From the NCBI RefSeq assembly GCF_006345805.1, contig NC_042997.1, positions 87,544,001 through 87,608,000 of the forward strand: DNA of 64,000 nt, read 5' to 3'. The position numbers were made by a program, and so were the translations under genes. The notes below the pieces were generated by a model. The model was not told the DNA's origin. It searched no databases and saw only the letters and a list, made by a program, of their open reading frames with translations. Below, in pieces: positions 37,880 through 49,860 of this stretch (positions are counted from its first letter, which is position 1; the number at the start of each line of letters is the position of its first letter). Source of the DNA: Octopus sinensis. Its lineage: Eukaryota.

Positions 37880-39350
37880 AGTTTGGTTTTGTGCCAGGGA
37901 GATGCACCACTGATGCTATATTCTTGGTAAGGCAGCTGCAGGAAAAATCCCAAGCCAAAAATAAACCTCTGTATTTGGCTTTAGTTGACATGGAGAATCC
38001 CCTGTTCCTTTATCTGGTAGTCATTACTGAAACTAGGGATAGAGGAGTAGCTATTGAGAGCTGTACAACCCATGTACAGGGACACTGTCAGTAAGGTGAG
38101 GATTGGCAATGAGTATAGCAATAAGTTCACTGTTCAATTAGGAGTTCACCAAGGATCAGTCCTCAGCCCCCTCTTGTTCATCATAATCATCCAGGTAATA
38201 ACAGAGGAATTTAAGTCAGGCTCCCCTGGGAGCTCTTCTAAGCTGATGACCTTGTACACACACAAGCATCATACAATCTACCTTTCACTCTGAGGGAAGG
38301 CCCCTTTGTTGTCAACAAAAATTGAAACTTTCTGAACTTTGCCCAGCCTTTTCTTATTCCAGGAGCTACACTCTTGGAGCATCCACCACCACTGCTGACT
38401 TGGTTACCTAGATAAAGAAAGCTATTGACTACTTCTAGGTATCCCCATTAGCATTTGATGGAATTACTAATAGAATTAGAAAAACAATTTCAGGAGTGGA
38501 AGCAAGACCTGGAATCAAAGGGCCTTAGAGTTAATTGAGCAAAATCCAAGTAGGAAAGTAGGAAAGCAGACAAATCAAAAATCACTTCAGGGATGTGTAG
38601 AAAAGTCATAGGTACAAAGTCTATAAGGTGTACCTGGTGCAAGCTATGGACATATAGGAAGTGCAACAATATCAGAGGAAGGTTGACAAGGAAAATAGTC
38701 TTTGTATGTGACATGCACAGGTACAATAAACTCTAGAAATATACAGAAAATAGACTCCATGAAATGTTAGTGGGGATACATAGAAGTAGTCGATAGCTTT
38801 CTTTATCTAGGTGACCAAGTCAGCAGTGGAGGTTGATGCTCCAGGTGTGTAGCTCATAGAATAAGAAAAGGCTGGGCAAAGTTCAGAAAGTTTCTACCTT
38901 TGTTGACAACAAAGGGGCTTTCCCTCAGAGTGAAAGGTAGACTGTATGATGCTTGTGTGTGAACAGTCATGCTACACAGCAGTGAAACATGGGCTGTGAC
39001 TGCAGAGGATATGTGAAGGCTTGAAAGAAATGAATCTAGTATGCTCCATTGGATGTGCAATGTCAGGGTGCATGTACGACTGAGTGTAAGCATCTTTGGA
39101 GAAAAATTGGTGTGCAAGAAAGATAACCACACTGGTATGGTCATGTGTTGCATATGGATGAGGACAGCTGTGTAAAGAAGTACCAGTCTCTAACTGGAGG
39201 GAACCTGTTGAAGAGGCAGACCCAGGAAAACACTGGACAAGGTGGTGAAGCATGATCTTCGAATGTGGGGTCTCATGGAGGTGATGACAACTGATTGTGA
39301 CCTTTGGTGATTTTCTGTGCTTGAGAAGACTCATCAAGTCAAGTGACTCT
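37880..39350 (+). pseudogene. RTE LINE reverse transcriptase to 3' end, with an internal inverted duplication
   Basis: GFVPGRCTTDAIFLVRQLQEK, GVHQGSVLSPLLF, ADDL, WKQDLESKGLRVN, VKGRLYDACV, RGRPRKT. Confidence 0.9.
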
Positions 39351-40639
39351 CAGAGTGATTGGCATTAAGAGGGGCATCCAGCCATAGTAGCCAAGCCAGA
39401 ATCAGACTGAAACTTTGTGCCACTCTCTGGCTTACCAGTTTCAGTCAAACCAACTAACATTAGTCAGCATGGAAAGCAGACATTAAATGATGATGATGAT
39501 GATATATATGTGTGTATGTATGTATGTATGTGTGTGTGTGTGTGTGTTAGTGTGTGTGTGTATGTGTGTGTGTGTGTGTGTGTGTGTTAAGTTTGTTGCC
39601 ATGTTATTGTGCTGGTGTATTGTATGGTAGTGTTGTGTAACTTCATTGGGGAATGTGTGCTCTATCACATATTGGTGATTGTATGATGTATGATATTATT
39701 GGTTTCTGACATTGTTGACATGTCTGGCTGTGTCATTGAATTGTATAAAGATGTTATGTATATATATAGTAATGTGTGTTTTATGGTAATGAGAAACACA
39801 GCAATTCACTTTTGTCCAACTTCAAGATACTATGTACAAACTTTCACTCTACACAACTTAATACATAGATAAAAACCCACAAACTTGTTACAAGTGAAAG
39901 CTCTAATTTTTTTTACCTGTTGAAATGTTTATTTCAGGAGTTCCCAAACTTTTCCATTCTGTTTACCCTTTGGTATCATTTTAAAAATAAATTTACCTCA
40001 ACTTTGTTTAGTTCAGTGATTTGAGTTTACACTTTTTACTATAATAAATCAACCAACAAAGAAGAAGGAATTCAAAATACATCTTTTAAACATTATTAAA
40101 TTCACATAACAATAGCAATAAAGCTAGCACATAACAATGTTGTTCCACTAATTTGTGAACTAAAGATAAACAGATGCCAGAACCAAACAAAGCCTTCTGA
40201 TTTAGATGATTCCATTAGCAATAACACAGTTATTAAACTGTACAATACAAACTATTAAATCCAAAGTGATAGAAAAAAGTAAATTCATATTTTTTCTTAA
40301 AACAAGCCTACTTCAAAATATGTTCTGAACTTCAGATTTTAAAAAATTATACTTGAAAAATAAAATATCTAGAATCAGTAAATATAGCTACCCCTTGGGT
40401 AAGTGAAGTTTACACTCTAGATTGCCAAAATTTTCTCCTGGAAATGAGGGTAAATTTATTCCAGTGAGGGTAAATCCTAGTTTATCTTTCATTCCCATGT
40501 AGAGTCCACTTATTTTTGCATTGAGGTGACCGAGATGTTGTTTTGTCAGTGATACGGAACCCTACCAGTGCTAGCTGATCCCCAAATGTTCCATTTCCTG
40601 CAAGAAGGAGGCCAGTGAGAGGAGACAGGATTTGAAGGA

Positions 40640-40830
40640 TTTGAACATAAAATGCAAAAACTTGAATTAGACACCCGAAGGCATTTTGTCTGATGCTCTA
40701 CCATTTCCACCAACATGCCATCTTGGACTGGTATTTCATTTATTGACACTGAAAAGATGAAAAGCAAAGCTGATCTCAGTGGGACTTGAACACAGTGTGC
40801 AGAAAGCTGGAATATGAAATACCACAAAGC
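40640..40830 (-). mobile_element. SINE family A, diverged
   Basis: TGGTATTTCATTTATTGAC...AAAGATGAAAAGCAAAG...TTGAAC. Confidence 0.65.
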
Positions 40831-40831
40831 C

Positions 40832-41390
40832 ATTAGGTCATCCTATAAATAATGTGGCTTTTTAAAACTTCTTTTATTTTTCAAAATTAAGATACACAAA
40901 GTTCTTTTTTAAACTAAAATAGACTCTCCTTCATTTTCTACAATGCTCTTCTATCTGTCTGGTAGACTTATAAGGCCACTCTTCCAAAATTCACTTGCCT
41001 GTGATGAAAAATACTCCTCCAGTACTGTTCTGACCTTGTCTACAGAATTCCTATATTTTCTGTCCAAATGATCCTGGAGACTGCAGAATAAACGATAATC
41101 AATGTCCGATGAATATGGTGGGTGGGGCATCATTTCCCATTCAAACTGCTTTGGAATGTCCTTCTTGCTGTATGTGGCCAAGCATTATCCTGGTGGAAGA
41201 ACACCTTTCGTCTTGAAACCAAAGATTGTTGTTTTCCTTTTAGCGCTGACTTAGGCCACTCAAGCTGTTTGCAGTAGATCTCCTTTGTTATCGTTTGGGT
41301 TTAATAGTTCAAAGTGGACTAAACCTTTCATATCCCACCAAACAGATAACAACACCTTACATGGGTGAAGACCTTTCGCCTGGGATGTTA
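40832..41390 (-). mobile_element. Mariner 3' half, same family as 16238-17439
   Basis: One TIR at 40832; HQDNAWPH, PHPPYSSDIDYRLFCSLQDHL; alignable to 16260-16760. Confidence 0.9.
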
Positions 41391-43789
41391 TACATAATAA
41401 AACTTTATACTAAATACTTTTTCCTATCCTCTCTGAAAACTTCTCTGTCTAACTAAATTGTCGCTCTACATCAACATAAAACAGGTTCAAGGTAAACATC
41501 AATCACAAGTTTAACTGAGCTAAAATTAATGGTATTTAGTTGTTCCAGTCAAATCTGCTCCATCAGATCTAAGTCATAGAGGTAACCATTCATTCAGAAG
41601 TGGCCATGAAAATTTAGTACACTGGACAATTATAGACCACAACTATATTACAAAGGGAATCATTGCCATTGTCACCAGCACCATTACCACCGCTACCTCC
41701 ACCACCTGCTCCATCATCATCACCACCAGCACCACCATCATCATCATCATCATTGTCAACATCACACCTTCATCATTATCTCTACTTTCCTATTGCACCA
41801 TCACAACATTCTTATGATATTTGCTTACTCATTTTCTAAATCCACATCGATCTTTTTGTCAATCTTTCCCTGTGATGAAGCCAAACTACAATGTGATATC
41901 AATAGCTTGGTTCTAAATCTATGATGCCAGCACCAACATTTATTTCTTTAATTTCATCATATAATTCAAATTTCCTTTCATTGTACAATAGTAGTCGAAC
42001 ATTTACCAGTCTTTGATGGACTTATCAACTGAAGTAGAAATTTGCTCGTAAATTAAAAGACACATGTCATATCAATTCATAAGAAGATGATTGGAGAAGA
42101 CTTATAAGAGGAAATGACAAAATTATCAATGATGAGTGTAATAAGTATGGCAATATAGCATGGTACTTACACTGGAAATTAAAGCCATTCAATCAAAATC
42201 TTTTATTGATTTATTCTCTGTAAAATTAAAACTCAAGTGGGATGCTCTTTAGAATATGTTTATGGTTTTGTGGCTGACATGGTCCTATGTGTATGAATAA
42301 TCTTTTACCTTTTATCTTTTACTTATTTCAGTCATTGGATTATGGTCATGCTGGGGCACTACCTTGAATGGTTCAGTTGAAAAAATCGACTCCAGTACTT
42401 ATTTTTTAAGTCTGGTACTTATTCTGGTGATCTCTTTTGCTGAATTGATAAGTTATGGGAAGGCAAACAAACCAACACTGGTTGTTAAGCAACAATGGAC
42501 ACACACACACACACACATGCATGCATGCACACACATACACACACACTCACACGCATGCGTGCACACACACACACACACTTTTATTATGGCTGACCAGAAA
42601 GCTACCAGGGTCAGTATATCTACATTTTCTGCTCACTAGTCAGTGAGCAGAGAAGCCCACATTTTCCACAAGAAATTTCTATCATGAGGGCATCAGCAAA
42701 AAAAAAAAAACTTCAATTATTGAATTTAAGAAAACACCTAGATTGAGTGAATTTTTAAGGATTCTTACCCTTTTGGTGAAGCAAAGTTTGCTTTGTCTGC
42801 TTCTGTTGAAGTATAGCCCGCGTTGTTCTAGGAGCCTCCATTTAATCCTATATGGTGTCTCCTCTTCTTTTAAATGCTATATGTAGTTGTGCCTCTCCAG
42901 GGTGCTAAAACTGGACCTGTGGTTATTTAGTCATAGCTTAGAAAGGCCCTCAATTGCTTAATTTGTTGTGTTTGTGTGTATATACACATTCGAGGCTTTT
43001 AAAAACCAAATGTAGATTTGTTTATATACACACATGGTTGTTACATTTGTAAAAGCTATCTACATGGTGCTTAAAATCAGTGGAGATTGTTGTCAGTGGG
43101 CAGTAGCGCTTAATGGTAAAGCACTCAGCTGGTGTCTTGGGGGATGTAGATTTGACTGCCATGGCTATATGTTGTCAGTTTTTCCCACCTTGTAAAGGTA
43201 ATAGTACTCAATTTCTCTGCTGTTTAATTGTGATACTAAGTTTGAAATATCACTTTCCTGTCTGTATCATATGATACACATTTGACGCTTCTAAAAACAA
43301 ATGTAAGTTTGTTTATATACACACACATAGTTGTTATACACACATAGTTGTTATACACACACACACACACACACACGCACACACACATACACCCCCCCAC
43401 ACACACACAAAGGTCTTCCACATTGTTTCCATCAGCTGAGTTCATTCGCAAGGTATTGTTTGGCTTGGAGCTATAGTTGTAGACATTTACCCAAGGTGCT
43501 ATGCAGTGGGGTTGAGCCCAAATCTACATGGTTGCAAAGTGAGCTTCTTAACCACACAACCATGCCTGCACTTAACTAAAAGATTTGTGGGTATCAGTAG
43601 GATTTTAAGTATGACTAGTTGGACACAGGCCATACATAATATTAATGTGCTAGATAACAAAATATACAGTTGTCAGTTCAGATGTTGGTAGAGCCACTGT
43701 TATTGTTGCCAAGCTCCTGACAGATGCAATGGGTGTTGCATGTTAAGAGTAACAACTGTCTTTGTATTTTTTATCTTATATTTTTTACT

Positions 43790-43990
43790 TGTTTCAGTCA
43801 TTGGACTGCAGCCATGCTGGGGCACTGCTTTGAATGGTTTAGTTGAATGAATCAACTCTAGGACTTATTTTTTTAAGTATGGTACTTATTCTACCAGTCT
43901 CTATTTCTAAGCCATTAAGTTATGGAGGTGTAAACAGACAAACAGTGGTTGTCAAATAGTGGTAGGGAGCAAACACAAACTCAAAGACAC
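43790..43990 (-). mobile_element. SINE family B tail fragment (others at about 31220, 36640, 42320 and 53420)
   Basis: CTTGTTTCAGTCATTGGACTGCAGCCATGCTGG motif. Confidence 0.7.
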
Positions 43991-44009
43991 ATGCACTTAC
44001 ATACATAGT

Positions 44010-44560
44010 GGCTACCCCCTTGTTATCAAGTATAGCCATTGCACGAAGCTTATTCAATGTTGTTATTGTGCAATGCCTGTGCAAGAAGATTTTTTTTTAA
44101 AGTGAGGAAAGGCTGTGCACTGAGTCAATCCCACTCACTAAGCAATAGTAGCCATAATCCGAAAAGAAGAACAAGTCAACATCATCGGTAACCACTGAGC
44201 CACAGGTTTTATGTTGGAGTTATCCCAGTTACCTGAGTTACCTTTTCCGAGAAGGATGTCTTAACAAAGGCTAAGAGTCCTTCACTCCCAATGATTTAAC
44301 CGTGCGATCGGGTATTCAGTCCGATTATTTCTATGTCCCCGTGCATGATACAGCCTTAAGACATTTACTGGCTGGCTGTTGACTCTCAAGAGTTCCTCCG
44401 CCCTATGACGGGTTTTGTTTTTCATCCCGCAGGGTGTCCAATAAACACCCTCCTCACCAAGCAAGCTTGGTGGGGTTGCCGGTTTAGTCGCCAACGACCT
44501 GACCATGCAACAGGTTGTACTGGGTTACATGGTACCAGTAGCACTTGAAAGTGACCTGAC
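44010..44560 (-). mobile_element. GC-richer, CpG-retaining repeat; probable 5' leader of a non-LTR (RTE-like) element
   Basis: Hairpins CACCAAGC/GCTTGGTG and AGGGTGT/ACACCCT; GGCAACC and GAAAAGGTAACTC motifs recalled from RTE 5' UTRs. Confidence 0.45.
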
Positions 44561-46969
44561 ATGACTTACATACATACATACATACATACATATATTCAGA
44601 CTCATACATACACACATGAGCTTCCACACAGTTTCCATCAACCAAATCCACTCATAAGGTACTGGTTGGCCAGAGACTACTATAGCAGAAGATATTTACT
44701 CATGCTGCCATGAAGTAGGACTGAACCTGAAACTGCTTGGTTGTAAAGAAAGATTTCTTTTTTTTATTTTTCTATGAATTAATTATTGATAACAGGAAAA
44801 ATTGAATTTTATATGGTAGCAGGTGCTGACTGGGAAAATAAAATTAAACATTTTGGTCTCCTTTCTAAAGTTGTGAGTTTTGGTGGGAAAGATTTGTTTG
44901 GTTCTTTGAATAAGTATGTGACTCCATGAAATCTGTTCTGTATTTATTAGCTTGAATAGTTTGATGTATCCTAAGGCAAAATATGTAAAACAACTTACCT
45001 CAATTTACCTGGTTTACATTTGGCACCATTTTCATTTCGTGTCTGAGGGATTAGATATTAAACTATAAAAGTAATATACCTCAGAGTTATAGTGGAAAAT
45101 GGATATTAAATAATCAGTCATTAATGTCATGAAAATTGCATATTTTATTGTTTCAGTTATGCCAACAGCAACTTCATTTTGATTTCTATAACATGTTTGT
45201 TTAGACCAGACCTACTCATATGACTTTCGGCAACCAGAAGCTGTTGTGAACTTAATTTCTTTTTGATCAAAGATGAAAGAATTTTGTTGGTCTTGCTTTT
45301 TTCTACCACCCCCCTTTTTTTTTAGGTATGGATTGAAATGTTAGACTTCAAAAGTCATCTAACCCTTATATTTAGATATAGCTGAAAACTGACAAGATGA
45401 CATGGTTAATTTTAGCCAATCACAACTGTTACTTTTGGTGCATTTACCATTTGCAAAAAACTTCCTTAGTATCCCTTTTTCAGAATAAAAGGAATTGTTT
45501 TTGAACATTTATCCAAAATTTGAAAAAATTGTAAGCTGACTCTAATGTGTTATGAAATTTCAAAGTCTTACTGAATTCACAATATCTCTTCTTGTATTTA
45601 CCTACACTATATGTGTGAGAGTGTGAGAGACAACATCATCATTATTTTCAACATTGTTATTGTCATCATCATCATCATTTACTGTCTGTTTTACATGCTG
45701 GCATGGGTTGGATTTTTGACAGGAACTGGAAAGCTAAACGACTTTCAGCTTGGTTCTACTGTCAGCTTTGGCATGGTTTCTATGGGTGCATGCCTTTCCT
45801 AATGCCAACCACTTTATAAGGTGTACTGGGTGATTTTTGTGTGGTACTGGCTCTGGCAAGGTCACAAAGTAGCATGCAAGACAAAAACACCTCAATCGAG
45901 ATGTGGAGTAGTATTGAGTGGGGCAGCTTTGTGCTAGGCGGTGAGAGGTTAAATTGTGAGAGAGGGATAGAAACAGGTGTCTTGTTGTAGAAGAGGTACA
46001 TGGGTACTTCTGTCAGAGAGAGAGAGAGAGAGGGAGAGAGATAGAGCGGGGGGAGAGACAATGGTAGTGAAGATATGCCAGAACACACCCTCATGGTACA
46101 GAGAGGTAAATGTAAGTCAAGTAGTAGAGAGGATTGGACAGGGTGTGTAATTAAGAAGTCTATGAGAGTGCAAAAGGAGAGTGGGGGAGATGTAAGGGAA
46201 AGAGGAATGCAGTGAATTGTGATGCATTTCTTCAGCATATTATAATAAATTGTGATGACAATCCTTTTATATGTACTGTATTTTTTTTTATTCCCCTCTG
46301 TGTTTTCTCCTGTTATTTTTGTATCCTGTATCAGTTAAGATCCATTGAGAACAACTCAATCTTGTAATGAATTAAATGAATGTATGAAATACAATCAATC
46401 AATCCTTAAGATTCCGGCATTTATCTTATTTTAGTTGCATCAACACACTTTATCTTTGGTGACCTGAACGTTCAAATAAACAGCTGAATTCTGATTGGAT
46501 CATCATGTGGAACAATTAACCAGCTCAACAGTAACAGAAAACCTTGCATAAAAGAAGCAACACTATGATATCTTTTAATAATATGAACGACAACACATCC
46601 TTTCTGGGTTATAGAATGGCCCTTCAATCCAGTCATCTGTTAGTTTAAATTTTCCTATTTTCTGGACTAATGACCTAAACCCTCCGGTTTATGCTGGTAG
46701 AGCCACAGTTCATATCATGCTGGATAACATTTGAATCTACCCAATTTCTATTCATTGTTAGTTCACTTCCATTGGAATGAATTCAAGTGATACGTCACCT
46801 CTATTGCTTTACTGATTCTATCACTTGCAATACCTTAAAGAAAGAGATCATAAAATGTATATATACCTTCCATGGAAATGCTTTCACTAGCTTCTCATTA
46901 CTGAAGAGCTTGTTGACTGTAAACTTTACCAGCATCCTTGTTGGATGCAGTGGCTACTTAAAAATAATA

Positions 46970-47135
46970 ATTATAATATTGGTTTCAAATTTTGACACAA
47001 GGCCTGCAATTTCTGGGGATGGCTTAAGTTGATTACATTGACCCCAGTGTTCAACGGGTACTTATTTTGCCGACCTCGAAAGGCAAAGTTGGCCTCAGCA
47101 GAATGTGAACTCAGACTGTAAAGACGGATGAAATG
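46970..47135 (-). mobile_element. SINE family A
   Basis: Reverse-complement match. Confidence 0.8.
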
Positions 47136-47138
<3 letters not shown>

Positions 47139-47173
<35 letters not shown>

Positions 47174-47229
47174 TGATGATGATGATGATGATGATGATAA
47201 CAACAATAATAATAGTAATAATAATAGTA

Positions 47230-47266
<37 letters not shown>

Positions 47267-47280
47267 GAAGAAGAAGAAGC
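47139..47280. repeat. Compound (AAT)n(GAT)n(AAT)n(AAG)n microsatellite
   Basis: Direct reading. Confidence 0.95.
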
Positions 47281-47749
47281 CAGATATGTCCACTGGCTGT
47301 TGTGTGGGAAAGCAAACCTTGAGAGAGCTGAACAGTGATATGAACACAAGCCAGAGGGAGTAATGGAAAATGAACATTGCAAAATACTCTGGGATTTTAA
47401 CGTACAGTGTGACCAAGTCATTGAGGTGAGACAGCCAGATATCGTGATCATTCATAAAGATGAAAAAAAAGCAAAGATAATAGATGATGCAATACCAGGC
47501 GATTCGAGGGTGAAATGTAAGGAAACAGAAAAGAGTAAGAAATACCAGCCACTGCAGGATGAGATAGGAAAGATATGGGGCATGAAGAAAGTAATGGTGA
47601 TACCGGTGGTAATTGGAGCATTAGGAGAAATTTCCAAGAGCTTTGGAAAACATATTAAGAATATTGGAGCTGCTGTTAGGCTCAAAGTTATCCAGAAGAT
47701 AGCATTGTTGGGTACAGCTTGCATTCTAAGGAGAGTATTGTTTCTTTGA
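47281..47749 (+). pseudogene. R4/Dong-like non-LTR retrotransposon C-terminus (restriction-like endonuclease), 5'-truncated
   Basis: YVHWLLC...*YEHKPEGVMENEHCKILWDF...RQPDIVII...IIDDAIPGD...KETEKSKKY..L..EI...W...IPVVIGALG (PD..D/E.K pattern). Confidence 0.85.
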
Positions 47750-48014
47750 GTCACAGGAGAAGGTACTACTTCAGGATGAAGTTATATTCAGAACATTTTC
47801 CCATTATGCACTGTTTTGGGTATTTATACCCCCAAGCCCTGAATATCTCAATAAACTGCTCCAATTTATGTGAAACTTGTTTCATTTTGTTCGTATTAAC
47901 ATTTCAGTGGCCACTTAATTCATAGTATTCTCCCATTATGTGTCAGTTTGGCTGTGTAACATTGCAAGCAAGCAAGCAAGATTGAACTTCACTTTTATTA
48001 GTATATAGATAATA

Positions 48015-48450
48015 AGGGTTTCAAATTTTGGTGCAAAGCCAGCAAAGTTTGGGGAAGGTGGCTACTTGATTAGGTCAACCCCAATGTTTATCTGGTTAGT
48101 TATTTTATTGACCTCAAAAGAATGAAAGGCAAAGTAGAACTTAGCAGAATTTGAAATCAGAACATAATGATGGACAAAATGCCACTAAGCATTTTATTTG
48201 GCATGCTAACAATTCAGCTAGCTTGCCACCTTTATTGATTTCAAATTTAGGAACAAGGCCAGCAATTTTAGGGGCGGCGTAAGTTGATTACATCGACTTC
48301 AGTGCTCAACCAGTACTTATCTTATCAGCTCTAAAAGGATGAAAGACAAAGTCAGCCTTGGCAGAATTCGAGCTCAGAATGCAAAGATGGATGAAATGCC
48401 ACTAAGCATTTTGCCTGATGTGCTAACGATTCTGCTAGCTCACTGCCTTG
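48015..48450 (-). mobile_element. Tandem dimer of SINE family A (a further fragment at about 48530-48620)
   Basis: Two units of about 215 bp. Confidence 0.8.
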
Positions 48451-49619
48451 CTACCTTAATAATAATAATAACAATAATAATTAATTATAACTATTTCTGA
48501 TTTTGGCAAAAGGGTAGTTAAATAAATCATTCCCATACTTGACTGGTACTTTATTTAATTAACCCTGGAGGGATGAAAGGCAAAATTGACCTTTGTGGGA
48601 TTTGAACACTGAATATAAATCCAGAAGAAATACAACCGTCTGTCAGATGGTTTTCTCTTCCCTTTTTTAATAGTTGTTGTTCTTTTAGCCACAAGCTAGT
48701 CCAGCCTGTTTGAACAATTGTCAAAGGTATTATTATTCCAGCCCCTGTTGAGGGCTCTTCATTAAGCTTTGGGCCAAACAGTGACATTTCATGCATTGAG
48801 TTTATTAAACTTGAACAATATTTTTCAAGCAGTGAACAATTTTCATCAAAACAATGATATAATTTGTTGACTTGCAACTTATTGCAAAGCTGCATGATAA
48901 ACAACATTTTTTGTCTTCCCATTTGGGGGTCAGTACAATTTTTTTCTATTGAACCTCTTTCTTTCTCTCCCTCTTTTTTTGTTGATTGTTTCAACCATCA
49001 CCATCACCAGTACGACCACCATCACCACCACAACTGCCATACACATACCATTCAGACATCTGATACCACCACCATTAATACCTTTGACTTCATTGCCTTC
49101 CCCTCCACCACCATCACCACTGCCTTTCACATCACTTACTCTTACTGTCATCCCTGACCACCACTACCACCACCACCGCCACCACCACCACTGTCATCAC
49201 TGCCACCCCCACCTCTATCAGCTTGTACTATTACTGTCACCCTATTACCATCACAAAAAGATTAAATGTGTGTGTTCGTTCCGCATGTTACTTCAGTGTT
49301 CAGTCACTCTTTCTCTCACATACCCACTCTTTCTCTCGCTCTTATTATTACTCCCACTGCCACCATCAACACTACTATTTTTTAATAAAAACACCATCAG
49401 CTGTCCCTAAATTTCTTTGTCTCTACTTTCTCTCTCTCTCCTTTTCTTTCTCTCTCTGTCTGTCTTTGCCACTGCCCTCACCGTCTCTATGCCTACTATT
49501 ACTCTCACCCTATCATGAGGAATAGTAGGAGTGTCATTGAATTGTGAGAGAGGGGGTCTGATTGTGACACACTGACACACAGAAATTAGTTTTCGCATTT
49601 ATTATATTAGATTTTTTCC

Positions 49620-49860
49620 AAAATAGTATAACCAGTGAAGGTGTGTACTACTTGTGGTTAGGATGTTGCTTTCATGCTCACAAGATTGTGGGTTTGAATC
49701 CTGGACTGGGTGATACTTAGTGTTTTTGAGTAAAAACACTTCATTTCATATTGCTCCTGTCTGTTCAGTTGTAAATGAGTTACCTTGAAAGTGATTGGCA
49801 TCCCATTCAAGGAAATGTAGTGAATCTCAATCACTTATATGTCATGGGAATAGGGTAACC
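49620..49860 (+). mobile_element. Diverged SINE family C
   Basis: GTGGTTAGGATG...GGTTTGAATCC...TTGAGTAAAACACTTCATTTCA. Confidence 0.6.

Noticed and set aside
48551-48994. 147-aa minus-strand ORF
   Set aside because: It begins in a low-complexity tract and ends in a SINE; the unique core has no convincing donor and no recognisable domain.
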